Assembly (NCBI RefSeq): GCF_009914755.1
Contig: NC_060948.1
DNA: 64,000 nt
From: the human T2T-CHM13v2.0 reference genome, Homo sapiens
Reading direction: 5' to 3' (one strand)
Below the pieces are notes generated by a model that saw only the letters and a list, made by a program, of their open reading frames with translations, was not told the origin of the DNA and did no database searches. The stretch's first letter is position 1; each line of letters starts with the position of its first letter. Shown one piece after another: positions 38,111 through 52,822 of the stretch. The position numbers and the translations under genes were made by a program.

Positions 38111-39150
38111 GATTCATTTCAGTGACACAAAGAAAAACCCTTTGAAAATTATTGCTTTCTTATTAAATATAGAATTTATTGGCCTCTGTTGGAAAAAAAT
38201 AGGCATGGAAGGAATTGGCTGAGATGAGTAAGTAACAGGCTCGAGTAGAGAAAGCATTTGGATTTTCGAACTGTTATCACAAGAAAAAAGAAGACCTGAT
38301 TTGAACTCTTCGTAAGGAAAAGTAAAACCTGGAGAGATCAATGCAGCAATATGCAAGACGATTGAAGACTGCAGATACCAAGGCGAAGAAAATGCATGGA
38401 GCTGTTTTTTAAAGATAAGATAATGTATTACATTTCTTGATGCTACAGTTCCCCTGGAGAATATCACTGTAAGCTACAAAGTGTAGCTGTGGACCAAGGA
38501 AATGAAGACCAGTGAAGGAGGGAAGTAAATATTGAGGACATCAGAGAAAAAATTTTCCTAAGCTGAGAAAATAATTGAGTTTGGTGACTAAGAGTGCTTG
38601 CCAAGAATGTCGTAGAAACAGGAAACAATCATATACATGCATTAAAGCAGGAAATATAAGTGACCTAAAAAATGGAAGGAAAAAAATAGCTTATCCTTGG
38701 GGGTTTTCCACTAAAAAAATGCCATAAGATGATTTAAAAATTATACAGAGCTTTTAAGGAAAATGGTTGTGGGGCATCATTTGTAGGCATAGTTCATTTC
38801 GTCTCTGAAGGAAATGCAAAGTCAATCATAGAGGGAAAGGGTCAATAATTTAAATGTGTATTGTGGGTACATGTTTGAATATGTCACATTACATCAACTG
38901 AATGGATTCTTTATATATATATATATATATATAAATTGTGCAAACATGTAGAAATTTAGGAAATACAATGTACCATATTAAGTATTAACCAGTAAAATAT
39001 AATTTGATATGAATATGATAGCAATGCACAAAATATACCTGAAAAAATTAGGTTGAAATATAGCCACATGTTACTAGTAACTGTCTCTGGGGAAACTTAC
39101 TATGATGCTTTTATTTTTTCCCCTCTTCAGTATGTGAAATGTAAACTTTT

Positions 39151-39464
<314 letters not shown>

Positions 39465-40299
39465 TTAATTTTGTAAAGAAAAACAAAACTTTAAAAAATA
39501 AAATCATGTATTTTCAAGGTATTCATGAGCTAGCATGAAATCTGGACGTGATCACCAGGCTGGCACCGTCACAACCCCACAGGAGCTGATCCCTTTGTTT
39601 GCGTTTCTACTTTCCAGCCTCTACATGTGTCTTAACCTTTCTGCGTGGCATCACAGTCTTCCATTTTTCCCCCTATCTCTTCCCTTTCTATTTACCTCAT
39701 AGCTTCTGCTGCTACCTCTGAAATTTGGGCTTCCTTAGTGTGTTGAATAGCATGACCTCTAAGGTTTCTGATTTTTCTTCCTCATTCTGTTTCCACATTT
39801 GAACTCAGTTCTCATTTTTCAACACCTCACTTTCTCAGTGTGTTTTCTAGTTGATATTTCTAGAAGGAGCCTACCCCTAGTCTGTGTCATCTCTTCATAC
39901 TAGACCACACCTTATGTGTCTGGCCTCATTCTTCCTCTTAGGTCAGATTTCCCTCCCCTTGGTCCCATACACAGCATTCAGGGAATAAAAACAAGAACTA
40001 TCCATAGTAGATCCTTCAACATGGGGTGTGGCCAGGGCAAGGAGTATGGCATGGCAGTCCTCCTCATGATTGAAAATCCATACATAAAACCATTGGCCCT
40101 GCTAATAACAGACATTTAGCTAATTGCTGTTACTCAACGCAAATCGTGGTTTCACTGTTTAAGCCATTGATCTGTAGAGGATGAAAATGAATCTTTGCCT
40201 CTATTGACATCTAATTCTCATCTCCCTTCTTGTTTTCCCTTGAAATAATGGGATGGCTTTAAGAAACCTATGTTCATTAGATACATAGGTTACTGGAAA

Positions 40300-40520
40300 T
40301 GTTTATAATGGTACTCTTGATTGAGTAATGTACCATGTACCTGACACCCATTTAGTTATAGGAACAACCTTAGGAGGCTAGTATTATTATTACTGTGTTA
40401 TATATAATGGAAGCTGAGCTTAGAAAAGTGACATGACTTACCCAGGGCCATATGGCTTACAAGTGGCTGTGTCATGGCTGGAACTCAGGCTTGGTGGCTT
40501 GTAAAGCATGACCTGCCCCT
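40300..40520 (-). mobile_element. MIR SINE
   Basis: AACAACCTTAGGAGG...GGAAGCTGAGCTTAGAAAAGTGACATGACTTACCCAGGGCCA. Confidence 0.65.
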
Positions 40521-40546
40521 GCCTGCACCATCAGAATACACTATGG

Positions 40547-40852
40547 GACTGGAACAGTGTCTCATCCCTGTAATCCCAGAGCTTTGAAAGGCCAAGGTGG
40601 GAAAATTGCATAAGGCCAGGAGTTACAGAACAGCTTGGGAAATGTAGTGAGATCTCCATCTCTATAAAACATAAAAATAAAAAATTAGCTAGTCATGGTG
40701 GCAGGTACCTGTCTGTAGTTCTAGCTACTATGAAGGATGAGGTGGGAGGATCATTTGAGCCCAGGAGTTGGAGGTTGTGGTGAGCTATGATCACAGCACT
40801 GCACTCCAACCTGGGGAAAGGATAAGACTCTGTCTCAAAAAATAAATAATAA
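40547..40852 (+). mobile_element. AluJ
   Basis: GGAGGATCATTTGAGCCCAGGAGTTGGAGG...GAGCTATGATC. Confidence 0.88.
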
Positions 40853-43273
40853 CACAAAAGAATGCATTGTAGAGCATATATGCATATAGATGAACATATA
40901 TGCATTGATGTGAGAGATAAACACAAATTAGACACTTCTAATTTTTCTGGGGAGTTCTGATCACAAAAAATGAATTTGCTAATGCCTTTCCTAGAGAAAA
41001 AAGATGTATAATTTGAATCTAGCACACAGATAAAGAGACAATAGAGCCTTATCATGAGTTTCAAGTATGGGATGAGTGGTAGTTGTCAACTGGCATTTGT
41101 ATAGGTACAGATTCCTTTCCATCTCTTTGCACACTTTGTCTGTGCTCATAAAAGTGGAGTTCGTATTATAAGTACATGTCTCTGGCTTTTCATCTTCATT
41201 TCATCTTCACTCCTCCAAATGCCCTACATATCTACACATGCCTTATTATGCCAATGATGAAACAAAACCAAGATGTAACTGGAAGCCATGATCACTTGAA
41301 AAACAAGTACTTCAGCTTCAGTCATTGAAGACAATGTTCATCAACAACTTGACAGGGCACATATGGGTGGGTATAGCTATACTGAAAGCAATTGAGTTTC
41401 CCAAGTTTAAGAGGTACACCTAGGAATTTGAGATTATGCCTTATGTGCACATAAACTGCTAAGGAAAGAAATCAAAGACAATTATGCAAATAATTTGAAA
41501 GAAACATAAAAGTTTCTCCCAGAAATTGTAACTTCACTTTTTGACAGTGGCATGTTTTATCTCTAATTAAAGACAAGAAACACGGTGGCATTTTATTCTA
41601 CAAGTGGCCTGGATTCATTTTAAAATGTGTTCTTTAATAGGAAGTGAAAAGTTATGTAATCTCAAAGAGCAGGAGGATGCAAAAAATTTATCTTGAGTTC
41701 TAATAACTTGTCTACCACTCACAAAGGTGCAACCCTGAAGAGGCTTAATAAGCATTAGGAGTCCTATTTTCTCTGTAATTGTAGCAGAAGAATAACATTG
41801 CTTTTGGTATTGCTAACATGCCTGCTTGCCAAAAAAAATGGATTGAAGATTGTTTATATAAATAAACCCAATATAAACGTAGCTATACTTCATAAATCGA
41901 AAGACAACTATTTCACTGTAGAAGAAGGCAGGCTGTGCTGCACATTGAAACTTTTCTAACGTTGTTTTGTTTTCTCCCACAACTAAGATATTCTTGCTGG
42001 TGCAAATCCCTGGAAAACTGTCAAGTATCTTGCAAATGTAGGCATTATTACCATTCCACTTCACTTAGATTATTTCTATTTGTTTTTTGTATTTCTTAGA
42101 GTACAACTAATTTTATATATATAAAAATATATAAATTATTTTTGTTCCTGAAAGTGTACAGTGAGAATATTCCAGTGCAATTAATGTCTGCCCCGAAGCA
42201 TTAGCAATTATTAAAAAAAAATTCTGTGTCAAGAGGTTACTGCCTATTCCACTGCCTGCAGCTGTGTCCCTGTGGGATTTTTCATACTGCTCCATTCTCT
42301 CTGCACTACTTCAGTCCTTATATGATCACAGCTCACCCTCCTTTATTCCCGAAAACACCTCCACAACAAAGCTGCTATTTGGAACCAGCCTTAGCATCAA
42401 AATATGCAATAACCTCTTTCCTCCCACATCGCTTTGGGGTGTAGTAAAGTGAAGGGAATGTTACTCTCACCTTTACAGAGAGAGAGATATAGAGAGCCTA
42501 CAAACTTGTGACTTGCCTTAAACCCTCTGAAAAGGACAAGGCCTTCCAAGGAGAAATGCGATATGTGACTGAGGGGAGAAGGCCAGCCTTTACAACAGCA
42601 AATTCAACAATATCAGCTAAATTATGTTAAACAATTTTTATAGGTCCAATGTTCATGACCATATCAACCTGAAATAGCTGCAAGTCCCTCTAGGGAAAAT
42701 TTTTGAAAGACTTTGAAATGGAATTGATGTCCTAACCATCTCATCCATCTGGCTTATTTCTGCCTCCATTGACCTTGATCAGGCTATTTACAACACTCTA
42801 AGTTATAGAACCTTGATAGCAAAGCAAATAATTTCTGTCCAAAGTGACACAAACGACATATGATGGGATGCCACTGTTTTTCACCATGTAAATTTTGCCA
42901 GTGTGACATTTTTTGGATGTGTCAACTTGGCCACATTATGCAACAGGAAACAAATACTAGCAGCTGGTCATTTATGCAATCATTTATAGATTCATTTTAG
43001 CTTTCTTTATTGGGCCAAAAATATACAAACTAATTGCCTATTTTATCAATTCCCTCATTAACTAATAAGTGAAATAAGATATTTAGCACATACTTACTTT
43101 ACACCTTCACAGGAGTCTGGAATTTGTCTTTTTAAAAATTTTAATATCCCTAGGATCCCAGACACAAAGGAAGTTTTCACCTACTCCTGGTCTCTCAACA
43201 TACCTCTTTATGTTCTCATGAGAAAGCTTGGAATCAGGTCAGGAGATACTAGAGAGCTCAGCTCAATGATGCA

Positions 43274-43827
43274 GGCATGCCATGCATGTTTACTCACCCC
43301 TAGAATCACAAGCCCTCTGGGAGGCAGAAGTGGAAGGATCACTTCAGCCGGGAGTTCAAAACCAGCTTGAGCAGCGCAAGACCCTGTATTTCCAGCTACT
43401 TGGGAGGCTGAGGTTGGAAGATTGCTTGAACCTAGGAGTTTGAGGCTACAGTGAACTCTGATTATGCTGGTGCCCACTGCACTCCAGGCAGGCAACAGAG
43501 TGAGACTCTGTCTCTTAAAAAAAAAAAAAAAAAAGGCCAGGTACAGTGGTCTTCGGGAGGCTGTACTTCAGGAGGCTGAGGGGGGCAGATCACGAAGTCA
43601 AGAGAATGAGACCACCGTGGCCAACTGGGTGAAAACTTGTCTCTATGAAAAATACAAAAATTAGCCAGGTGTGGCAGCATGCACCTGTAGTCCCAACTCC
43701 TCAGGATGCTGAGATAGGAGAATCTTTTGAATCCAGGAGATGGAGGTTGCAGTGAGCCGAGATCATGCCACTGCACTCCAGCCTGGGTGACAGAGCTAGA
43801 CAACATCAAAAAAAGAAAAAAAGAAAA
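43274..43827 (+). mobile_element. Two head-to-tail Alus (internally deleted AluJ 43274-43534; AluS 43535-43827)
   Basis: Two Alu bodies, the second starting in the poly(A) of the first. Confidence 0.88.
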
Positions 43828-43914
43828 GGTGCAAGCCCGAAAGTGACCCCCATTTCACTGTCAATAAAAAGTGCAGTCATTTCACTAATTAAAAAAAAAC
43901 ACAAAGTCCCACCA

Positions 43915-44449
43915 GGATAATTAATATTGAGGGTCAACTTCATTGGATTGAAGGATGTAAAGTATTGATACTGGGTGTGTCTGCGAAGGTGTCATCAAAG
44001 GAGATGAGCATTTGAGTCAGTGGACTGGGAGAGGCAGACTCAACCTCAATCTGAGTGGACACAATCTAATCAGCTGCCAGCATGACCAGAATAAAAAGCA
44101 GACAGGAGAATGGGAAAGAGTCGACTGTCTGAGTCTTCCTGCCTGTAATCTTACTCCCATGGTAGATGCTTCCTGCCCTTGAGCATCAGACTCCAAGTTT
44201 TTCAGCTTTTGGACTCTTGGACTTACTCTAGTGGTTTTCCAGGGGCTCTCCGGCCTTCAGCCACAGACTGAAGGCTGCACTGTTGGTTTCCACACTTTTG
44301 AGGTTTAGGGACTTGGCTCCTCAGCTTGCAGATGACCTATTGTCAGACCTCATCTTGTGATCGTTTGAGTCAGTTATCCTAATAAACTCCCCTTCATAAA
44401 TTCATCTATCCTATTAGTTCTGTTTCTCTAGGGACCCCTGACTAATATA
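43915..44449 (+). mobile_element. MLT2A2-like solo LTR (HERV-L)
   Basis: TTAATATTGAGGGTCAACTTCATTGGATTGAAGGATG...ACAATCTAATCAGCTGCC...CTAGGGACCCCTGACTAATA. Confidence 0.85.
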
Positions 44450-45084
44450 CCCACAAATACCTGACTTCTTCAATCATTGGAAGCAAAGACTTAAATCACT
44501 GAAAAGAGATGCAGCAAATGATATCAACCCCATAGTCCAGGCAAAGACCCTTCCTTCATAGCCAGAGCAAGGATAGAAGAAAAATCCTCTAATTTTAGAA
44601 AAGGAACAGAGAACTCATCTGGCCCCAGGATCTTATCCTAATATCAAGCAGTGCTCTGCTACCACTAGGGAAAAGAGCATGAATTGCCTCCCACCATAGC
44701 CAACCATAGATTCCTCCCTGAGTTTGGCTGTTGTGGAAGGGAGAAAGTCTCATTTCCCATCCTTGAGAACAGAGGACTAGCCTCAATCAAAGGCTGGATT
44801 AGGAAAAGAGAACCTACTCTTTCATGCCATCTCCATCACCAGCGGAGCAGAAACTATGAAGCAACAGGAATGAGCTGCTAGGGAAGGTGGGAGAGCACAA
44901 AGGGATGCCTACCCTGTAAGATGCAGTGGGCAGAGAAACCAAAAGCTGAGGGGAGAACAGAAACAATGAGAAAACCATGCCTGGTTTTTAATGCTTGCCT
45001 GATGCCATCTGAAAATTAACTAATTAATTAGATATATAAAAATTTTATATAAATATATATTAGAGATAGATTAGATAGAGAGAT

Positions 45085-45144
<60 letters not shown>
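45085..45144. repeat. Compound STR (GATA)11(GACA)4 at the tail of an antisense AluJ (~45140-45345)
   Basis: Direct count. Confidence 0.93.
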
Positions 45145-45146
<2 letters not shown>

Positions 45147-45464
45147 GTCTGATTCTGTTGCCTAAGCTGGAGTGCAGTTGTTGGGATCATAGATCACTAT
45201 AGCCTCGAACTCCTGGGCTCAAGGAATCCTCCTACCTCAGCCTTGTGAGTAGTTAAGCTACAAGCCCAAGCCACCATGCCCAGCTAACTTTTTATTTTTA
45301 CTTTTGCAGTAAAGTAAATGTGGTCTTGCTCTGTTGACCAGGCTAATACTATTTTTGAAAGAGAGGCTCAGCATTCTCATTATGTACTGAGCCAGGGGCA
45401 AGACGGAGTTGATGCTCGTTTTCTGCTACTTTGCATGTGAATGCCAACATTCAACCCATTTGAA

Positions 45465-45960
45465 CAGAAATTCCCATAATGTGTTTTCAGAAACCCTTAG
45501 TAACCAAAAGACCCTTTCAAGGAGTCGTTAGGGTCCAAACCATTTTCTTAATACCCCCAGACAGTGTTGTTTTTTTCCAACCCCCTTCCTCATTCCCTCC
45601 TGAGTTAATAGTAAAGTTTTCCAGAGGCTACATGACATGCAGTATTACAGCAGATTGAATGCAGAAGCAGAAAAGAAAATCTGTCTGTCTTTGATTAAGC
45701 CCACTAAAAAGATTAGTGCAAAACCATATGGTCTTACTCCCTGGTTTTTAAAAATTGTTATTTTTAATAAAAATGTTTCCGTATTAACCATGCAAAGAGA
45801 TTATTATATATAAATCTAATAAAATCATAATACCTCACATTTTTACATTTTTGTTTCTACTTTAATAAATATAACCTACATTACAAATGTTATTTGAGAT
45901 CCTCAGTAATTTGTAAGAGGGTAACATGGCCTTAAAACCAAATATTTGGAAGAGTGCTGA
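45465..45960 (+). mobile_element. Charlie4a-like hAT DNA transposon relic
   Basis: GTTTTCCAGAGGCTACATGACATG...CAGATTGAATGCAGAAGCAGA. Confidence 0.7.
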
Positions 45961-46621
45961 GTCAAAGCAGATAGCCTGCTAAACTGCTCCTACAACATAC
46001 ATTTGACAAAGGTTAAAACACTTTTTCCCGGAGCTGATATGTGTTGACTTGAGAATCTATGCATGAACCTTGACTTGACCTTGAGGGAGACCTCTGCCCT
46101 TCTTTGCTGAGGATACTCCATCATTTTAAAATTTTAAAGACCTAAATGACATGTTACAGAGATTTCAGAATATTTAACTGCTTCTCTTCCATGGTGACTG
46201 AAGATGACAATAACATATTAAGAGAAGGTGGGGAAAGATGACAATAATATAAGAGAAGGTATGATTGAAAGGAAATGATATATACTAGGAAAAATGGAAC
46301 ACAATTTTATATGTGCATAAATGTACATGTTTTGTGGTCTAGTAAAATAATTACAGGTGTGGAATTGATAAGCTATAGGAAAATTCTGTTTTCACTGAGT
46401 TTTAGTGAGTAGGATGCATGCTAGTTTTTGTACCAAATAACTCTGCATCTCACTACAACAAATGTTTCCTTCTCTATACAGAGATGTCCCTGGTCAAATG
46501 GTCCTGGGTGGCTTTTCTCTACAGCAGGTATTTTAATGTGTACACGATTCATCAGGTGGTACAGAATCATCAGATTCTGATTCAGCAGCTCTAGGATGAG
46601 ATTGGGACTCTGCATTTTAAT

Positions 46622-47417
46622 GTTTTATTTTTTTATTTGTACATATTTATGGGGTACCTAAGAAATTTTATTACAGGTATATAACACATAGGCATCACGT
46701 CAGATATTCAGGGTGTTCATCATTCTGCTGCACTACATTTTTGCTGAGTACAGTTACCCTACTCTGTTGCCAAGCTTCAAATTTATTCCTTCTATCTTAC
46801 TGTCTATATGTTCTATTTAACCCATGTCTCTTCATCCCCTCTCCTCTCATGCATCCATCTCAGTCTCTGTATCTGCTTTTCCACTCTCTTCTACCATGGG
46901 TTCAAATTTTTTAGCTCCTGCATGTAAGTGAAAACATTCATTATTTGTCTTTTTTCGCCTGGCTTATTTCACCTAATAATGACTTCCAGGTAAACCTATG
47001 TTGCTGCCAAGAGACACAATTTCATTCTGTTTTATGGCTCAATAGTATTCCATTGTGTCTATTTTCTTTATCTATTAATCTGTTTGTGAACACTTAGGTT
47101 GATTCCATATGTTTGAGCCTCTGCTTCCCAGGCTCAAATGATTCTCCTTCTCCAGCCTCACAAATAGCTGAGACTACAGGTGCAGGCCACCTTGCCTGGA
47201 TAATTTTTTGTATTTGTGATAGAGACAGTGTTTTACGAGTTGGCCAGGATGACCTTGAACTCCTGACCTCAGTGATCTGCCCACCTTGGCTTCCCAAAGT
47301 GCTGGTATCACACATATGAGCCACTGCTCCTGGTCTTTTATTTTTCATTTTTAAATGAAAGCCATTTTGACTTAGGTAAGTTTAGATGAAAAAAATGCTT
47401 AGTATCACTAATCATCA
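46622..47417 (-). mobile_element. L1MA-type 3' fragment (antisense) with short inverted end, containing an antisense Alu piece (47114-47334), inserted in MER5A
   Basis: TTGTACATATTTATGGGGTAC...ATGTAAGTGAAAACAT...; sense piece GATGAAAAAAATGCTTAGTATCACTAATCATCA; CTGCATTTT repeated on both sides; MER5A-like CAGATTCTGATTCAGCAG flank. Confidence 0.65.
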
Positions 47418-47816
47418 TAAAGACTGCATTTTTATGAGCCCTGAGATGATGCTTCATGCTACTGGCTCCTGGACCAGGCTTTGGTGAGACTATGAGCCCA
47501 AAGGCATGGGGCTCTGGTCAAAGTGTCCTTTCCCCCTGTGTCCACAGGAAGAAGAACTGAGGTTGGTAAATACCTATCCAGTTTCTGCCATACATAAATA
47601 TTTAGCTATTACTATGCATATATTTAGGATATTTTGTTTCAGTTTAGATGTGTTAGTGCATTTAGCTTTTAAATGACCTTTTTCCTAATTTGTAAATGTT
47701 TTATATTTCCCATGTTGGTAGTTCAAGGAAAATAGAGTAAAATGTTACTATGCTTATGTTACATCAGCCTGGCAGGAAGTCCCTCCAAGTCCATAAAATT
47801 TTCTAATTTTCAACTA

Positions 47817-48401
47817 TGTAGGAAAAAATATATATGGTAGTCCATTTCTAAGAGAAAGTGCCTTGAATAGGCTTGGGCCCGCAAACTATGGAAGAACAGG
47901 ATACACTACGCCCCTGCTTTAATAGCGGGCGCCTTTTGGTTGGGGATCCCCTTAGTAACCCTCACCCAAACCAAGGATTTTAGTCTAGAATGAAAGTTTA
48001 CTGGCCTGCAAAATAGCTCACTTTATCTATACTTATCAGCTTGCCTGACTATCTGGGTCATAATTCAACTACGTGAGGAGCCCAGAACTGACCATGACTG
48101 CAATGCATTATGGGCTGCACCAAAATGCAGCCAAACAATGCTAAAGAAAACACACCTAAAAGCCCCAAGCCAACAACCAATAGGCAATGTCTGGGAAGTT
48201 TGTGACCCCATGGTACTCAGCCTATGAGGAACCGGAGGAGGGACTTGAGTACTAAGGGATAAATTGCTTGTTGTAAATGTACGGACTGTGGCTGCCTACC
48301 AGATACCTGATCCTGCAAGGGGGTCATTAAAAGTCTCACTTCCACTGTTCTTGTCTCTGAGTCCATTTCCTGGGTTTGGATGGGTGAGTGTATTTCTCAC
48401 A
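47817..48401 (+). mobile_element. LTR18B-like solo LTR (HERVL18)
   Basis: TGTAGGAAAAAATATATATGGTAGTCCATTTC start; GTCCATTTCCTGGGTTTGGATGGGTGAGTGTATTTCTCACA end. Confidence 0.78.
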
Positions 48402-49334
48402 ACCATGGCCAGAAAAATTTTTCTAGAAAGTCCATGTTTCATCCCAGTGTGAAGAACTAGGTACTTAGGTGCATAGGATGCAAAAGAAATAAGCCCAGTG
48501 AATTTGAATGGCCACATGAAAAAAGTGTCTTAATCCATTTTGTATGACTGCCTAAACATGATTATATTTTCTAAAATGTAAAAATTAAATATGGATGGTC
48601 TCAAAAGAAAGTAGCTTACATCTAAATTTATTTAAATAAATTTTAAGGAATTTACATTGTATTTTCCTATGAAGGCAACAAAGCATTTGATTAAAATTTT
48701 GTCTATCTTGCTATCTGCTATTTTATGCAATTACTATCCCCTTGGATAGTTCCCTTTTATTATTCCTTAAAGGAAAACTGCAAAGATAATACATGGATAA
48801 AGCTGAATAACTAGGCAGTTTTACAACTCTTGCACTTTGACAAAATTTTGAGTCAGAAACAAAAGTTGAGTTTTGAGAGAAAAATGTTAAATTGTACACC
48901 CAGTGCTGATCACTACTTGGGAGGATATATAGAAAAACACATTCTTTTGGTAAATGGAAGGTTTCTGAATTGTTGACCCCATCACAGATTCCTATACTTC
49001 TTTGATACATTTATCATAATATAGAAACCACACGGTCCTCAATGGCTGACCAGAGTATACTATTTCTGCATCTACATGAGGTTATTATGGAATGTGGTCT
49101 AAATCAAATGGGAAGAGAAGTCATACCACACAGGAGAATTCAATAGCCACTAACCTTGGCATCAATCTCCATATCGCATGAAGACACTGTTTCTGGAGCA
49201 AAGACTGAATTTCTGTAGAAACTCAGCCTTGTGGGAGAAAGTGCATAGGCACTGAAAAGGCAAAATATACTTCTTATATTCTGAGATATATAGATAAATA
49301 GACACAGGAATATCATTTAAAAGTCCATAGAACT

Positions 49335-49630
49335 GTCCAGGCACAGTGTCTCATGCCTGTAATCCTAACACTTTGGGAGGACAAGGTGGGTGCATCACAA
49401 GGTCAGGAGTTCAAGACAAGCCTGGCCAAAATAGTGAAACCCCATCTCTACTAAACATACAGAAAATGAGCCGGGTGTGGTGGTGAGCACCTGTAATCCT
49501 AGTTATTCAGTAGCCCCAGGCAGGAGAATCACTTGAACCCAGGAGGCGGAGGTTGCAGTGTGTCGAGATCACATCATTGCACTCCAGCCTTGGCAATAGG
49601 GTGAGACTTTAACCTAAAAAAAAAAAAAAA
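49335..49630 (+). mobile_element. Alu (AluS-type)
   Basis: Two-arm Alu with poly(A). Confidence 0.92.
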
Positions 49631-49782
49631 ATTCTATAGAACTATAGCAGACCCATTTTCCCTTCTTGTAGAAGTGTTCTCTTAAGGAACCTAACGATGC
49701 AATTGTGAAGGGGGCGGGTGTTTTACGGAACGTTTATGAAAAGGCAAATGTCAAACTAATTTAACAAAAAATAAACTTAAAA

Positions 49783-50080
49783 ACCAGGCACAGTGCATAC
49801 ACTGGTCGTCCCAGCACTTTGGGAAGCCAAGAGAGGTAGATTGCTTGAGCCCAAGAGTTTGAGACCAGACTGGGCAACATAGCAAAACTCTTGCTCTCAA
49901 AAAAAATTTTTTTTTTAAATAAGCCAGGTATTTTGGCATGTTCCTGTGGTCCCTGTTACTCTACAAGCTGAGGCAAGAGAATCGCTTCAGCTCGGGAGGT
50001 CAAGGCTGCAATAAGCTATGATCACAGCACTGTACTCTAGCCTGGGCAACAGAGAAATACTCTGCCTCTAAAAAAGAAGA
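49783..50080 (+). mobile_element. AluJ
   Basis: GATTGCTTGAGCCCAAGAG...GGTCAAGGCTGCAATAAGCTATGATC. Confidence 0.88.
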
Positions 50081-50421
50081 ATAAATTTAAGGAGAGAGTG
50101 GACAGATTGAACTTACCTGAAGTAAGCATCTTTGACTATTCAGAAATAAAATGTTTCCAAACAAAATTGAGTTTCAAAATGTGGCTATCATGATAAAGAA
50201 AAAATAAAAATTATTTCCCTGCTACTATATATATCTTAAAGAGGAGGATTTTTATTTCTTGGTAGTACTTTTTACTGAAAAGGTGAAAATGAAGCAAATG
50301 TTGCTGGTACAAAGAATTAAAGATAGCTCATGTCATTCCATCTCCCATGAAGAAAATAAACAGGAATAATGCTAAAAATGAGAGGGAAATGCTGCTGTTT
50401 TTTAATCCACAGGAAAGTGTC

Positions 50422-50784
50422 TGATATGGGTTGGGTGTGTCCCCACCCAAATCTCATCTTGAACTGTAGCTCCTATAATCCCCATGTGTTGTGGGAGGGA
50501 CCCAGTGACAAGTAATTGAATAATGGGGCGGGTTTTTCCTGTGCTGTTCTTGTGATAGCGAATAAGCCTCATGAGATCTGATGGTTTTATAAACGGCAGT
50601 TCCCCTGCACATGCAAACTTGCCTGCCACCATGTAAGACATATATTTTCTCCTCCTTCACCTTCCATAATGATTGTGAGGCCTCCTCAGCCACATGCAAC
50701 TATGAGTCCATTAAACCTCCTTTTCTTAGTAAATTACCCAGCCTTGGGTATTTCTTCATAGCAGTATGGAAATGGATGAATACA
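50422..50784 (+). mobile_element. THE1C-like solo LTR
   Basis: TGATATGGGTTGGGTGTGTCCCCACCCAAATCTCATC...GAATACA; perfect 5-bp TSD GTGTC at 50417-50421 and 50785-50789. Confidence 0.92.
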
Positions 50785-52464
50785 GTGTCACATCACAGAA
50801 AATCACTTAAATTCCATTCTTTACTTGGATTTATTTCACTTTATCTTTGTACAAATAGACACAGTAAATTTTACTCTCTTCAAGCCCCAGTAATTTACAA
50901 GTAGGAGAGTACAGTATGAATAGTATGAGTGTGCTTTTAAATAAGATGGGCAGCCATTTCTCTTTTACACAATACATTCCTAAAAATCAACAATAAAGTT
51001 GAATATGAGAAAATCAAATAATAACTTACCCACTAACAAGAGTACTTTAAGTCCATAAAACAAAAATTCATACTAAACTATCCCTTTCAGAAAAAGAAAT
51101 CATTGATGACACTATGGCAGCATTTCATACTTGCTGTTTAGTTTTGTTATTTTTCTTTAGAACAGCAGTGGTGGGCTTAAGCCCAATAAGGTAGAGATTC
51201 TACCTTATTTTATTATCAATAATAAATTTTATTGATAATAATATAAGGTAAATATTCTACATTTTTCATCTCACTGAAGGATTTTTCACTTTTTTTTCAA
51301 TCTCATTGACTTTTTGACACATATTACATATTTCAGTTGTAGCATGCTGGGTGTTCCATTTCCTAACCCTTAAGAAATAAAATTATAGAAGAAAAATCAG
51401 TAAGATATTCAAAGAACCTTCTTAGCATCACTGTACAAAGAAGAAGAGTCAATCTAAAAGTTACCATTCACTAGCAGAGAATAGTATTCAACAGAAGCCT
51501 ATGGTTCTCCATGATCAGATGTCACAGGAAAGCAGAATTTTGCACATTCACAAATAAGTATAGATATAAATATATACAACCACAATGATAGATACATGTG
51601 TGGATATCTAAATCCTTATATGTACAATACATACATGTGTGGATATCTACATAGTTATATAACCATGCTGAGAGCTTGGAAATTCAGTTGAAGGCCAGAT
51701 GGTGGACGAATTGAAACTCAAGCTTGGGAGATTGTCTGTGAGAGCATTGTCTTGAGCATAGCCAGAGATTCTGGAAGATAGTGAGCCAAAGTCATGATGA
51801 TATCCTGGAATCCTGCAGACTGTGGCTTGGCCACCTTTCACCTGTGTGGACTGGGAATCTTTCGATCCTCACTGGCCCTCAGTCTTATAATCTGTAAAGT
51901 GAAAATGATAGGACTGTTGTAAAAATTAAATGTGAGTTCTATGTGAGGTCTCTTTAACATGGCAGGCATCCATTAGTGTAGGCTTATCATGATTATTGCT
52001 GAGACACATTCCTTGAGAGCATCCCTCACTGGGAGATGTGTAGAACAATGAAGTAGGTAAACGTGTGGAGAATGGTAGCGGTGAGGGTATGTAGGAGTTA
52101 GATGTGCCAAGAAATCTAGAAATTAACCAGGATTGGAGATTCTGTAACACGAGTCCAAGGAAAGAGACTCAAGCCAAAACAAACCTGACAAAAAAATTTT
52201 GGTAAAGTCTCAATTACTTAATATCAATTTTTAGAAAAATATTTATATTTTAGGAGAACCACTGGACATAGTAATGGCATAATCAAAGGAATTAAATAAA
52301 ATGTTTAAGGTAATAGACATTTCAGTCATTTGTATAGCTAAAACAATAACTTTATCATTACATCATCATTATTATCATCATCACATGAGGTAGGATGTAT
52401 CTATCATTATGGAAAGCCTAGGAATGTTTATCTATTGATTTGGGGGGATAATTATTAATATCGT

Positions 52465-52822
52465 TGATGTGCTTTGGCTGTTTCCTCACCCAAATCTCAT
52501 CTTGAATTGTAGCTGCCTTAATTCTCATGTGTTGTGGGAGGGACTGGTGGTAGATAATTCAATCGTGGGGGCAGTTTCCCCCATACTGTTCTTGTGGTAG
52601 TGAATAAGTTTCACCAGATCTGATGGTTTTATAAGGGGTTTCCCCTTTCACTTGGTTCTTATTCTCTGTTGCCCGCTGCCATTGAAGACATGCTTTTCAC
52701 CTTCTACCATGATTGTGATGCCTCCCCAGCCATGTGGAACAGTGAGTCCATTTAATATCTTTTTCTTTATAAATTATTCAGTTTCATGCTGCTGGTCAGA
52801 AGCGTGAAAATGAACTAATACA
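52465..52822 (+). mobile_element. THE1D-like solo LTR
   Basis: TGATGTGCTTTGGCTGTTTCCTCACCCAAATCTCATCTTGAATTGTAGC...GAAAATGAACTAATACA. Confidence 0.9.
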
